This document shows, in pieces, positions 11,710 through 24,123 of a stretch of DNA of 64,000 nucleotides. The translations under genes and the position numbers were made by a program. The stretch covers positions 11,904,001-11,968,000 of the forward strand of contig NW_027361716.1 of NCBI RefSeq assembly GCF_039654945.1, read 5' to 3'. The notes beneath the pieces are model-generated. The model made no database searches, was not told where the DNA came from, and saw only the letters and a program-made list of their open reading frames with translations. The stretch comes from Dendrobates tinctorius. Lineage: Eukaryota. The number at the start of each line of letters is the position of its first letter. Positions within the stretch are counted from its first letter, which is position 1.

Positions 11710-13598
11710 GCCCAGACTATGAAACATGTCTTCTCCAGAGCCTGGAGGGTGAGATAGGAAGGATGGAAGGCCAGAGAGAAAGAAGGGTCATGTATGATGT
11801 ACGGAACGTTTGAGACTGGAAAAGGATTGCTGAAGTGATAAATTATACTGTAAGATACAAAAATCCTTAAAATGATTAAGGGTGGTCTCTACTAGAGGAG
11901 ACTGACAGATAGGCTGATCACATGTGGAGCACTGGGCAGGGCCGTGGGGTACTCGGTACCGGGCCCGTCGACTTCAAAGGGGGGATCGGAGTCACGTTGG
12001 TGGCGACCCGGTCCGTGGCCCTGGGGCGTCCATTAAATAAAAATGATGAAAGGGGAAGGGGAAAAGTTGTTTGTTGTTGAAATGTGGTAAAAATGAAGAT
12101 AAAGTTTATAGATAATTAAATACGTGACGCCACCTGTGGTATTCTGGTCAGAGATGACCAGCGCTGCGGTGTTGTTCCCCTGAGACTGTTGATGTGGCGC
12201 AGCTGAGGTGAAAATAGCTCTCCACAGGTAGAGCAATAGTCCCAAGGCAAAGATGTTAAATTAATAGTAAAAATGGTTGTGAACGTTGGGGTGCAGAGAA
12301 GTGAGAGGAGGACACACAGAGGTGCAGTTTCTTTACCTTTTACTGGTAATTGGTTGCAATCCGGAGTACCACATACAGGTGATGGAATGAGTCCGGCTTG
12401 CCTGAAGGCATTCATGGGATCCACCATGCCAGGTAGGGATTTTGGACCTTCCTTCTGCGCTTTGTGTGTGGGTCTCCACAGTTTATAACTAGGCTGCGAC
12501 CCTCAATTGCGTGCTGATTTCACTAACCTGTACGGCTGTCAGCATGAGCCTATTCCACGGGTACTGTCCTTTTCACCGTCAGCCCCGGGCTCCTTATCTG
12601 CTGCCGTGCCCTCAGGTGTGCAATGTCGCACAGGAATTTACAATCCCCTGTACTTTCAGATTCGGCTATCAGGACATACAGCTCCTGTCAGCCTAGGACT
12701 CTGGCGTCCTCTTTCTCTCTATTAGCGCTTCGCTCTGGGGTCTGCTATATGCAGTTGTTTAGCTTCCCCAGAGCCTCTCCGTGTCTCTTATCGTCCTTCA
12801 CCTCCTGTCAGATCAGCTCTCCCTCCTGAACTGACAGGATCTTCCAGAAAGATCTTTTTACCTCACATTTTAACTGTCTTGTCATTTTCCTCACAGCTGC
12901 TCTCGTTTCCATGACAACCCCCTCAGCTAACTTCTAGCTGACTCACCAACCCCCTCTGCTGGCCAGAATTTATAAGGCAACTCCCTTTTCTGACCTGCAA
13001 CAGGAATTGTTATTTAATCTATGTTACCTGGCATGGGAGTCCCTTCTGCCTCCAAGCATGACTTCACCTCTTGGAGGGAGGCAATGTCACTGTGACAACC
13101 GCACTCTGGGGTGTCACATTCCCCCCCAGTTAAGTTCAGTACTCTCGGACTGAGGAAACATAGCAAGAATTGTTAACAACCACAATTAATGAAAATCTAC
13201 AAAGTCTCAAAAATGTAAAAATTATCAAAAACCAGACAAGAAAAAGAAACATTAGCACAGTTACTGCAGCGACCAGTCCTTACGCTGCTGTCCAGGAATT
13301 GTCTTTGTGCTTGTACCTGCAGTTTGGTTGGTGGGAACCGCCTTAACCCACTTTGTGTGTCGTTCCTGGGCTTGGCTACAGGGCACTCTGTAGATGGGCC
13401 TGTTTTTCGGCCATGCCGGCGGCTTATTTTCAAGGCCTTTTTGGAGTAACTATTTACAAATACAGTTCTGACCACACATAGTCCTGTGGCCCAATTGTCC
13501 TTTAGCTGGTCATTACGAATACTTTAAAAGGTTCATACAGTAAGTCTCTGTAGGCTCTCTTGCTTAACGGTTAAAACTATACATTCTTATTACTTTAT

Positions 13599-16500
13599 TT
13601 ACATTATGTAATCTCTATAACGGGCAGGGATCTGACCTCTAGTACTACGAGTGGATCTACCCAGTATAGATATTTCTGATGACCTGACCTGTTCTCTAAT
13701 GTCTACTGTTGGTGCACTAGTCACTACGCTATAAGTAGACTTGTGTAATATAGGTATTCTGGACTGCCTTCTCTTGACTCCTAGACTCACCATGAGATTG
13801 ACAGATTTGCTGTTAGCAGGGGACAGATTTCCGCATTCCACTGCAGATGTGGTATCTGTTACTGGAGCCATTTCATTATGAGTCTCTGCTTCATCTGGTG
13901 CAGTAGGCTGATGAAAGGTTAGGACTGGCACTATGATAGCCTGATTTACTTGTGTCCATGTCCGAGGAAATTCTCCAAGGATAGTATGGATCTTTTCTTC
14001 CATCTCTACTGTGGGACGTGGAGTGTCTTGAACTTCTTCCTTGTCTTTCAATTGATCAGGGCACACCTTTAGATGATCTCTTGAGACTGCTTCTAAGGTT
14101 TCTCCTCCATCCTTGCTGATGAGGCTTACCTTGGTGTTATTAAAGTCTGAAGGTATAACCGTGTATGGCTCTGCCTCCCACTGGTCATCTAGTTTGTGAA
14201 CATGTCTCTTTCTTTTGAGTACTTGTTCTCCTGGTGTCAAGGGAACTGCAGGGGCGTTTTGATTGTAATTTCTTTCCTGCCTCTGTCTTGCTTGGGACAA
14301 ACTTTTCTCCACACATTCTTGCACTTTGCGGTATTGTTGCTGTCGCTCTGTATCCCAGTCTGCATCTGGTGATGTTGTCTCTGGTGTTAAGACTCCCATG
14401 TCCAAATCAATGGGTAACTTGCCAGGTCTTGACCTCATCAAGTAGGCCGGAGTGAAATTTGTGGAGTTTACCGGTATATGATTATATAGATCTACCAGAT
14501 CTGGCAACTTCTCTGGCCACTGGTTTCGTTCTTCCAGAGGTAAGGTCTTCAATAAGTCCATGACCATCTGGTTCATCTTCTCACACATGACATTTGTCTG
14601 TGGATGTTACGGTGTCATTCTGATTTTGTTGCAACCGTACATGTTACAGAACTCCTGGAACACTTCTGCCTAAAAGGCTGGACCTTGGTCGGTGAGCACT
14701 TGTTCAGGGTATCCGTGCAGTCGACAGAAGTTCTGCTGAAATGCCTTGGCTGCTGTCTTCGCTGTTTGGTCTTTAACAGGCACGACTACCAAGAACCTTG
14801 AGTAATGGTCCACGATGGTCAAAGCATAGGTGTAGCCATTCCTACTCGGAGTTAACTTCAAGGAATCCAAGTCTACCAGTTCAAGCTGCTGTTTTGTGAT
14901 GATCGGCTGTAATGGTGCTCGCTGGCTGTTTCGGTCTTTTCCGCGCAGGTTGCATGGGCCACATTCTCGGCATCACTTCTCAATGGAACTCCTCATGCCA
15001 ACCCAGTAGAATCTTTCACGAAGTAGGACCTCCAACTTCTTCCAACCGAAGTGTCCTGCTCCATTGTGGTATGCCTCTAAGACCATTGGCGCATCCCTCT
15101 TCGGGACTACCACCTGCCAGACCAATTCGTGTGTGCGCAGGTTGATGTTCCTCCAACACAGTTTTCCCTCGTCGATGAAAAGCTTGCCTCTCTCCTTCCA
15201 TAGCTGCTGTGCTTCCTGTGGGTCATCTGGACCAGGGTGTGCATCAGCTTGTGCCAGTCACTCCTTTACTAGCTGGGTCACTATCTTGTGTCTCTGCCCA
15301 CTCATGATGCGGTAATGGGTTCAACTTACTTCTCGTACAATAAATCACTTATTCCTCACCCCTTGGGAGCGCTGGGCTGCAATTGGACGGTGGAAGGCTG
15401 GTAACTCGATTTCTTCGAGTTCTTTTGGATCTTCTCCCCCGTCTGGTGAATTGGGCATCCTGGACAACGCATCCGCATTAGCATTCTTATGTCCTGCTCT
15501 GTACTTGATGATGAACTCATAGTTGGACAGCCGGGCCATCCATCGCTGCTCAAGTGCCCCAAGCTTTGCCGTTTCAAGGTGGGGTAGCGGATTATTGTCC
15601 ATGTAGATGATGAACTTTGCTGAAGCCACATAGTGCTTGAAGCGCTCTGTTATCGCCCAGACTATGGCGAGGAACTCCAATTTAAAGGAACTGTAATGGT
15701 CGGGGTTCCTCTCAGTGGGACGAAGCTTCCTGCTGGCATAGGCAATCACTCTTTCTCTGCCTTTCTGCACTTGTGATAGCACTGCTCCCAATCCCACGTT
15801 GCTGGCGTCAGTGTAAAGTACAAATGGTTGGTCATAGTCAGGGTAGGCCAGGACCTCATCTCTAGTGAGGGCCAGTTTCAACTTGGTGAAGGACACTTCT
15901 ATCCTTTTGTTCCACTCGAACGGAAGACTCTTATTGTTGGCCTTCTTGGATTGGCCCACTAGAAGTTCTTGCAGCGGTGCTGCTATCTTGGTGAAGTCCT
16001 TGATAAATCTTCGGTAGTAGCCTACTAACCCAAGAAATTGCCTCACTTCATGAATAGTGCTGGGTCTTTGCCAGTCCCGGATAATGGTGACTTTGTCAGG
16101 ATCTGGTGCCACACCTTCCGCGCTCACCACATGACCTAGGTACTGCACCTTGGGTTTCAAATGGTGACATTTGGACGATTTTACTTTCAGGCCAAAGTTT
16201 GACAGGGCTTCGAATACCTCGGCTAGGTGCCTCAAATGGTCTTCGTAGGTTTTGGAGAAGACGATGATGTCATCCTGGCACAGCAGAACGGTTTCAAAGT
16301 TTTTTATGTCCAAGGCAGCATTCCTTTAACTGCTGAAATGTTCCTGGCGCATTGCTAAGCCCGAACGGCATGTAGTTAAACTCGCAGAGGCCCATTGGTG
16401 TTGTAAATGCTGTCTTCTCTTTGTCTGCCTCTGCCACAGGAACCTGCCATTACCCACTGGTGAGATCTAAGGTAGAGAAATAATTAGCAGTTCTCAGTGC

Positions 16501-17700
16501 ATCTAGTGATTCCTCAATTCTAGGCAATGGGTAAGCGTCTTTATGTGTAATGCTGTTAGTCCGCCTGTAGTCTACACACATTCTCATAGTACCATCTTTC
16601 TTTTTAACGAGGACTAATGGAGCTGCCAAGGGGCTACAACTATCTCTGATTACCCCCAGCCTCCTTCATCTCCCGTTACATACTCTTGTCACATTGATAG
16701 TGTGCTGGGGGTACAGGCCGGTGCCTCTCTTTAATGGGTGGATGATCTCCGGTGGAGATATGATGTTGAAGCCCTTTTGCCTACCCAAAGTCTAGAGGAT
16801 GTTTGCTGAAGACCCGTTCAAATTCTCGAGCCACCCGGTAAGCCCCATGCTTTTGGTGTGAAGGGGTGAAGTCAGTGCGTACGTGTAGCTGCTGACACCA
16901 ATCCTCCTGCTGCCCTTCAGAGCCATTCTCTTCCACCTTGTCAGATGGAAGCAAGTGTTCTAGTGTCTCGATTGCATTGTTATTGACAGTGAACAATTTA
17001 GCAAGGGTGGCATACCGGGATAACTGGACCTCTCTCTCCCCACAATTTAAGATTCATATTGGTACTCTCCCCTTGCAGACATCAACTACCCCTCTGGCTG
17101 TCAGGATAGTGGGCCTACTATCAGAGCACATGGGTTCTACCCGGGCTTGGTAATCTTGACCCCTTAGGCCTATTGCTGCCCGACACCAAATTAACATTTC
17201 ACTTCTGGGAGGTACTGCAATGGAGAAAGGATCACTTACTCTGACACTGCCGACTTCTCCACCAGACAGCTCTACCTGTTGTCTCTGCATAAGGGCTCTG
17301 ATCTCCTTTTGCCGAACCCGTTGCTGACTGTAGCTGGTGTTCTCGGCTTCCTGTTGTAACAAAACAATAACTTCTCCAAGACAATTTTCAATTACATTAG
17401 TGCCTAAAGTGATCATAGGATGGCATTCTCGTTTGTCAATATCAACTATAATCAAACCTTGCGATTGCAATTCTACTCAGCCAATCTTGATGGTCAACTC
17501 TTTATATCCCATCTGAGGCAAGGGCTGACCATTGCTGGCAAAAATGGCAAAGTCTTTATTTTGGCTATGAGTAATGTCTGAATCTGCCCAGTACTGCTTA
17601 AAAAGATCATATGGCATCGTTGTCACCTGGGAGCCGGTGTCCAGTAAAGCGTTCATAGGAAAACCGTTAATCACGACAGGCAGGACTGGTCGTCCTCCTA
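13599..17700 (-). pseudogene. Gypsy pol (protease, RT, RNase H, integrase), disrupted
   Basis: LLDTGS; MPFGL; YLDD degraded to CQDD; LYTDAS and IAYASR; IVDHYSRF and LTDQG; multiple stops and frameshifts. Confidence 0.93.
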
Positions 17701-17721
17701 CGTACTTGTCTTGCCTATTTG

Positions 17722-17782
17722 GTGGGCCTGGTCATCTTACTCCTGGGGGTTGGCCCTTTGCCCCAGGGGTTGCTTGTTTAAA
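17722..17782 (-). promoter_or_regulatory. -1 ribosomal frameshift signal at the gag-pol junction
   Basis: Slippery TTTAAAC, short spacer, stem CCTGGGG/CCCCAGG, loop GGGCC complementary to downstream GGCCC; the -1 frame is the protease frame. Confidence 0.8.
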
Positions 17783-18678
17783 TGACAGTATCTTGCTAGG
17801 TGTCCCGCCTTGTTGCAGCGGCGACAGATGGGCTGTCCATCCTCATCGTAGCGATCGCTGTCTCTCCCTCTGGTCGGTGGGATTCTCTTCTGCTGTCGCC
17901 ATGGGACGTCATCTAGATTGGAGGCAAGCTAGATCTTCTTCTTTGGAGTCACTTGCAGGGACTGCACAGTTTTTGTGAGTGCAGCCACACTTTTGGTTAG
18001 TTACTTGACTTGGAGACGTATTTCTGCAGCAGAGTCATCATCTTGGGACGGCTTGTCAGTCTCATTAGGGGTCTTTGGAAAGGATGCTGCCTCCTGCTGG
18101 TATGTAATTGCAGGATGCTTACAGGGCTCTGTGCTGCTAGGGTTTGATTCACGTAGCACCCGTATGGCTCTATCCTTAACGTGTGCAAAGTCCAATTCAG
18201 GATTTTGTAGGGCCATTATGCGCAGCTGTGTCCTTTGGTTGATAGACTGGAGTCCCTCTATGAACTGTTCTGTTAGAAATCTATCTTCATCTTGCACACT
18301 CTCAGAGTCAACATGCTTTACGTCCCGCAGTGCCTCCTGAAGATTAAGGGCATAGTCCCATATACTGTCCTGCACTCTCTGTTTGCACCCAAAGAATCTC
18401 ATTATTATCTCTGTTGCAGTGCGGGTATCAAAAGTGTTCTTCAGTCTGGCCAAGATTTGTTGGACAGTCCCTTTATCAGTGTCCGGCCAGGACTTTACTT
18501 CCCTCTGGGCCACACCAGTTAACTGGCCAATGAGGATACTGACTTTTTGGCTTTCTAACAGGGGGTACACTTTGAAAAAACTACATAGTCTTTCTTTAAA
18601 ATCGCTCAGGGTGTGTGACTCCCCTGTGTACTGATGTAACCTGGCTGCTCCTGGTATATATGGCATCGATAGCGGCAT
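17737..18678 (-). pseudogene. Gypsy gag
   Basis: ORF 18001-18678 is capsid-like (FLTEQFIEGL); zinc knuckle CRRCNKAGHLARYC at ~17785-17830. Confidence 0.85.
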
Positions 18679-18935
18679 TATTTAGGCTGCGACTGCGACC
18701 GCCGCTGAATCTTCACCCGCGTTGGGAATTTTCCTCCTGTTTTTCACTTGCTCACAATAGAGCGCAGCTCCAGCTTCACTGGCACGCCCCTCTCTGCTCG
18801 CACGCACTGTGTGATGCAGTTATGGCGGTTATTTGAAAGCTCAGTAAAGTCTTTAGCACACAATTTAATAAACTCTATGGCACACAGTACCCAGCTTTGC
18901 CAGGCTTCTTTACCCAGCTTCGCTAGGCTCGCTAA

Positions 18936-18953
18936 ATCCTGTTCGTGACGCCA
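18936..18953 (-). promoter_or_regulatory. Primer binding site, probably tRNA-Ser(CGA)
   Basis: tggcgtcacgaacaggat 2 nt after the 5' LTR; matches my recollection of the vertebrate tRNA-Ser-CGA 3' end (...ATCCTGTTCGTGACG-CCA). Confidence 0.8.
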
Positions 18954-19353
18954 GTTCGAGTGCCCGGGCGCGCGCTCGGCGGCGTGAGGAAGCGAGAGAG
19001 TGCGCGCGCTGCAGTGCAGGGCCTTGGGGTACTCGGTAACGGGCCCGTTGACTTCAATGGGGGATGGTGTCACAGCGGCGGTGACCCGGTCTGTGGCCCT
19101 GGGGCATCCATTAAATAAAATGTTGAAAGGGGAAGGGGATAAGGGGAAAAGTTGTTTGTGATGTTGTTAGATGTGGTAGAAATGAAGATAAAGTTTATAG
19201 ATGATTAAATACATGATGCCACCTGTGGTATTCTGGTCAGAGGTGACCAGCGCTGCGGTGTTGTTCCCCTGAGACTGTTGATGTGGCGCAGCTGAGGTGA
19301 AAATAGCTCTCCACAGGTAGAGCAATAGTCCCAGGGCAAAGATTTTAAATTAA

Positions 19354-19601
19354 GGTTGGAGTCACACTAAACGATAAAAAAATCGGTCCAATTTTGACAG
19401 ACCGAAATCGCACAAAGGTTTCTTCACTAGGGATCCGTCTGTCAGCCGAATTTCGTGTGATGATGCGATTTTAATCGCATCTAAGCATCTGTTTAACATC
19501 CGTTTGCTGAGATTTTCTCGCAGGCTAGCAAAATGGACATATAATGGAGCCCAATGACAGGTTTTCAAACACAAACGAAAAAATAGATATAGACACATAG
19601 A

Positions 19602-19651
<50 letters not shown>

Positions 19652-20583
19652 GTCATAGAGACACATTTATATATATATTTTTAATTCATACAGTTCTTCA
19701 TAGCAGAATAGCCGCTGAAACATTTGCCGGCTTTTGTAAAATCATTCCCCAACCCGACATGAAATGACACATGGTTTGCATACAGTTAACCATTTCATTT
19801 CATGTTTTTTTTTAGATGTCTATCACTAGTAATTAGATGAGGGTTTTTGGTTAAAATTTTGGAGTTGTAGGGGTTAATTTAAGGGGTTAATTCGTTGTAT
19901 AAAATTGCAGGGACTCCCGCTGACGTCACTGAGGCTGCAGGGAGTCCCCGTAATTTTTAACAACGAATTAACCCCTTAAATTTACCCCTACAACCCCAAA
20001 ATTTTAACCAAAATCCTTCATCTAATTACTAGTGATAGACATCTAAAAAAAAACATGAAATGAAATGGTTAACTGTATGCAAACCATGTGTCATTTCATG
20101 TCGGGTTGGGGAATGATTTTACAAAAGCCGGCAAATGTTTCAGCGGCTATTCTGCTATGAAGAACTGTATGAATTAAAAATATATATATAAATGTGTCTC
20201 TATGACATGTGTGTATATATATATATGTGTGTGTCTATATCTATTCTTTAGTTTCTTTATTTAACCGGTCAGTGTGATTTTACTGTATTGTTAAAAGAAT
20301 TGCCAGCTTTTTGTAAAGGACACCGGGGGCAATTTTATCGCAAGTCACACATCTGGTCCGTTTGTAATCCGATTTTTTCTCGCCCCCATAGACTTGCATT
20401 GGAGAGTCCGATCCAAAAATCGGTGACAATCGCAGCATGCTGCGATTGTCTCGGTCCGAGGAACGGATCCGATAAAAAAAACGCATGATGGGAGCAGCAC
20501 CATAGAATAACATTGGGACGAATGCAATGAGATTTTTTATCGCATTGCATTCATCCGATTTTATCGCTAGTGTAACTCCAGCC
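19354..20583. mobile_element. PIF/Harbinger-like non-autonomous element inserted in the 5' LTR
   Basis: TIR ggttggagtcacacta / tagtgtaactccagcc; TAA TSD; empty site visible in the 3' LTR at ~12262; contains (TA)n and a long palindrome. Confidence 0.85.
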
Positions 20584-21699
20584 TAATAGTAAAAATGGTT
20601 GTGAACGTTGGGGTGCAGAGAAATGAGAGGAGGATACAGAAAGGTGCAGTTTCTTTACCTTTTACTGGTAATTGGTTGCAATCCGGAGTACCACATACAG
20701 GTGATGGAATGAGTCTGGCTTGCCTGGCATTCAGGGGATCCACCTTGCCAGGTGGGGGTTTAGGACCTTCCTTCAGCTCTTTGTGTGTGGGTCTCCACTG
20801 TTTATAACTAATCTGTGACCCTCAATTGCGTGCTGATTTCACTAACCTGTACGGCTGTCAGCATGAGCCTATTCCATGGGTACTGTCCTTTTCACCGTCA
20901 GCCCCGGGCTCCTTATCTGCTGCCGTGCCCTCAGGTGTGCAATGTCGCACAGGAATTTACAATCCCCTGTACTTTCTGATTCGGCTATCAGGACATACAG
21001 CTCCTGTCAGCCTAGGACTCTGGCGTCCTCTTTCTCTCTATTAGCGCTTCGCTCTGGGGTCTGCTATATGCAGTTGTTTAGCTTCCCCAGAGCCTCTCCA
21101 TCTCTCCTATTGTCCTTCCCCTCCTGTCAGATCAGCTCTCCCTCCTGAACTGACAGGATTTTCCAGAAAGATCTTTTTACCTCACATTTTAACTGTCTTG
21201 TCATTTTTCTCACAGATCACAGCTGCTCTTGTTTCCATGACAACCTCCTCAGCTCACTTTTAGCTGATTCACCAACCCCCTCTGCTGGCCAGAATTTATA
21301 AGGCAACTCCTTTTTCTTACCTGCAACAGGAATTGTGATTTAATCTATGTTACCTGGCATGAAAGTCCCCTTCTGCCTCCAAGCATGACTTCACCCCTTA
21401 GAGGGAGGCAATGTCACTGTGACAACCAGACTCTGGGGTGTCACACATGCACCTCCATCAGCCGCCATTTTATGTAGGTCAGTTTGTGAGTAAAGATGCA
21501 TTATAGAGAGGAAGTAGCCGACCTCTTTAATAAATAAAATTCACAGTTCAGCACTCTTTTTTTATATTGGATGAAGCTATGTGCCTTTTTTGTTGAGTTT
21601 TGTCTGTGAATGGAAAATATTCCTATCCCAAAACTCCTTCAATTGGTCTCCTAACCTCCCACAAGTTTATAGACTGTTTTAATGAAAAGATGGTATGTT

Positions 21700-21860
21700 A
21701 CACAATGGTAGACATGGCTCTGTCCCAACTTTTTTGAGACGTGTTGCTGCCATCAATTTCAAAATTTTTCCGATAAAATGGAAAACTGTCCAATTTCGCC
21801 TTCTGATCTGTGTTCTTCTCATTGTATAGCATCCCAACTTTTCTTTGAATTGGGATTGTA
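21700..21860. mobile_element. Tc1-like terminal remnant
   Basis: Two tcccaactttt DR motifs ending in ...gggattgTA. Confidence 0.5.
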
Positions 21861-22854
21861 ACATATACAGTACAATTAAGATTGCAGACAGACGCAAGTC
21901 AGAATTGACATACAGGAAAATAGAGAAATAATTGTATATATGGAGTAAGCTATGGTTGATGGTAATGATATGTTTTTGCAGAATATCTACCTTTTTGTGT
22001 AGCATTCAAGAATCTGATTTATACTGCAATCAATGGGTTAAATAAAAAAATACCAAATAGGTGTCAGAAAAATATGACAACTGTTCAGTGTTGCTGATAG
22101 AAAAGCTGCACTCTATACGCTGCAGAAGCATTTTTATCCTGTCCTCTTTTGTGTAAGCATGAATGGAATGATTACAGTCAGGGATAAAACTATAGAAAAG
22201 ATCTTCGTTGTGCTGGGAGTCACCGTGAGTGCAAGAGGATCAGGTTTACATCCTGTCAGTCTGTGACTGAATGCTGTATCATTTCCTTTATCAGCAGCTC
22301 TGAACTCCAGGTTTCGGCTTGGCGCTCAGCTGCACTTACCCGCTTAGATTGAGTGCCATATGCCATATTATTGCTGCAATTATGCAAGGAAGTGGAGGTC
22401 AAAAACGTTTCCAATCTGCATGTGGATTAATAACTCTTAAAAAGTCAAATACTACTATATTGATAATAAAAAATCAGAAAAAGGAATTTTTAAAACAAAT
22501 ACAGTCATATGTAAAAGTTTGGGCACCCCTATTAATGTTAACCTTTTTTCTTTATAACAATTTTGGTTTTTGCAACAGCTATTTCAGTTTCATATATCTA
22601 ATAACTGATGGACTCAGTTATATTTCTGGATTCAAATGAGGTTTATTGTACTAACAGAAAATGTGCAATCTGCATTTAAACAAAATTTGACCGGTGCAAA
22701 AGTATGGGCACCCTTATCATTTTCTTGATTTGAACACTCCTAACTACTTTTTACTGACTTCCTGAAGCACTAAATTGGTTTTGTAACCTCATTGAGCTTT
22801 GAACTTCATAGCCAGGTGTATCAAATCATGAGAAAAGTTATTTAAGGTGGCCAC

Positions 22855-23433
22855 TTGCAAGCAGTTCTCCTGTTTGATTCTCCTATGAAGAGTGGCATCA
22901 TGGGCTCCTCAAAACAACTCTCAAATGATCTGAAAACAAAGATTATTCAACATAGCTTTTCAGGGGAAGGATACAAAAAGTTGTCTCAGAGATTTAACCA
23001 GTCAGTTTCCACTGTGAGGAACATAGTAAGGAAATGGAAGAACACAGGTACAGTTCTTGTTAAGCCCAGAAGTGGCAGGCCAAGAAAAATATCAGAAAGG
23101 CAGAGAAGAAGAATGGTGAGAACAGTCAAGGACAATCCACAGACCACCTCCAAAGACCTGCAGCATCATCTTGCTGCAGATGGTGTCACTGTGCATCGGT
23201 CAACAATACAGCGCACTTTGCATAAGGAGAAGCTGTATGGGAGAATGATGCGAAAGAAGCCGTTTCTGCAAGCACGCCACAAACAGAGTCGCCTGAGGTA
23301 TGCAAAAGCACATTTGGACAAGCCAGTTACATTTTGGAAGAAGGTCCTGTGGACTGATGAAACAAAGATTGAGTTGTTTGGTCATACAAAAAGGCGTTAT
23401 GCATGCGCTGTATTGTTGACCGATGCACAGTGA
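22855..23433 (+). CDS. Truncated Tc1 transposase (paired-like DNA-binding domain to first catalytic D); likely start ATG at 22900
   Basis: GRPRK linker and WTDETKIE, then the junction; no internal stops. Confidence 0.75.
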   Translation: MQAVLLFDSPMKSGIMGSSKQLSNDLKTKIIQHSFSGEGYKKLSQRFNQSVSTVRNIVRKWKNTGTVLVKPRSGRPRKISERQRRRMVRTVKDNPQTTSKDLQHHLAADGVTVHRSTIQRTLHKEKLYGRMMRKKPFLQARHKQSRLRYAKAHLDKPVTFWKKVLWTDETKIELFGHTKRRYACAVLLTDAQ

Positions 23434-23764
23434 CACCATCTGCAGCAAGATGATGCTGCCGGTCTTTGGAGGTGGTCTGTGGATTGTCCTTGACTGTTCT
23501 CACCATTCTTCTTCTCTGCCTTTCTGATATTTTTCTTGGCCTGCCACTTCTGGGCTTAACAAGAACTGTACCTGTGTTCTTCCATTTCCTTACTATGTTC
23601 CTCACAGTGGAATCTGACAGGTTAAATCTCTGAGACAACTTTTTGTATCCTTCCCCTGAAAAGCTATGTTGAATAATCTTTGTTTTCAGATCATTTGAGA
23701 GTTGTTTTGAGGAGCCCATGATGCCACTCTTCATAGGAGAATCAAATAGGAGAACTACTTGCAA
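23327..23764 (-). CDS. Truncated Tc1 transposase DNA-binding domain (mirror copy)
   Basis: Nearly identical to the + strand ORF up to HRSTIQR. Confidence 0.7.
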   Translation of the reverse strand: MQVVLLFDSPMKSGIMGSSKQLSNDLKTKIIQHSFSGEGYKKLSQRFNLSDSTVRNIVRKWKNTGTVLVKPRSGRPRKISERQRRRMVRTVKDNPQTTSKDRQHHLAADGVTVHRSTIQRMHNAFLYDQTTQSLFHQSTGPSSKM

Positions 23765-24123
23765 GTGGCCACTTTAAATACCTTTTCTCATGATTTGATA
23801 CACCTGGCTATGAAGTTCAAAGCTCAATGAGGTTACAAAACCAATTTAGTGCTTCAGGAAGTCAGTAAAAAGTAGTTAGGAGTGTTCAAATCAAGAAAAT
23901 GATAAGGGTGCCCATACTTTTGCACCGGTCAAATTTTGTTTAAATGCAGATTGCACATTTTCTGTTAGTATAATAAACCTCATTTGAATCCAGAAATATA
24001 ACTGAGTCCATCAGTTATTAGATATATGAAACTGAAATAGCTGTTGCAAAAACCAAAATTGTTATAAAGAAAAAAGGTTAACATTAATAGGGGTGCCCAA
24101 ACTTTTACATATGACTGTATATA

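Larger units (their letters stand above)
11925..21445 (-). mobile_element. Full-length decayed Ty3/Gypsy LTR retrotransposon
   Basis: LTRs 18956-21445 (5', with MITE insertion) and 11925-13118 (3'); 4-bp TSD catg; PBS 18936-18953; PPT 13119-13130; gag-PR-RT-RH-INT order. Confidence 0.96.
22502..24117. mobile_element. Palindromic (fold-back) Tc1 element built from two 5' halves
   Basis: cagtcatatgtaaaag...cttttacatatgactg with TA flanks; 23404-24117 is the reverse complement of 22502-23215. Confidence 0.96.
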
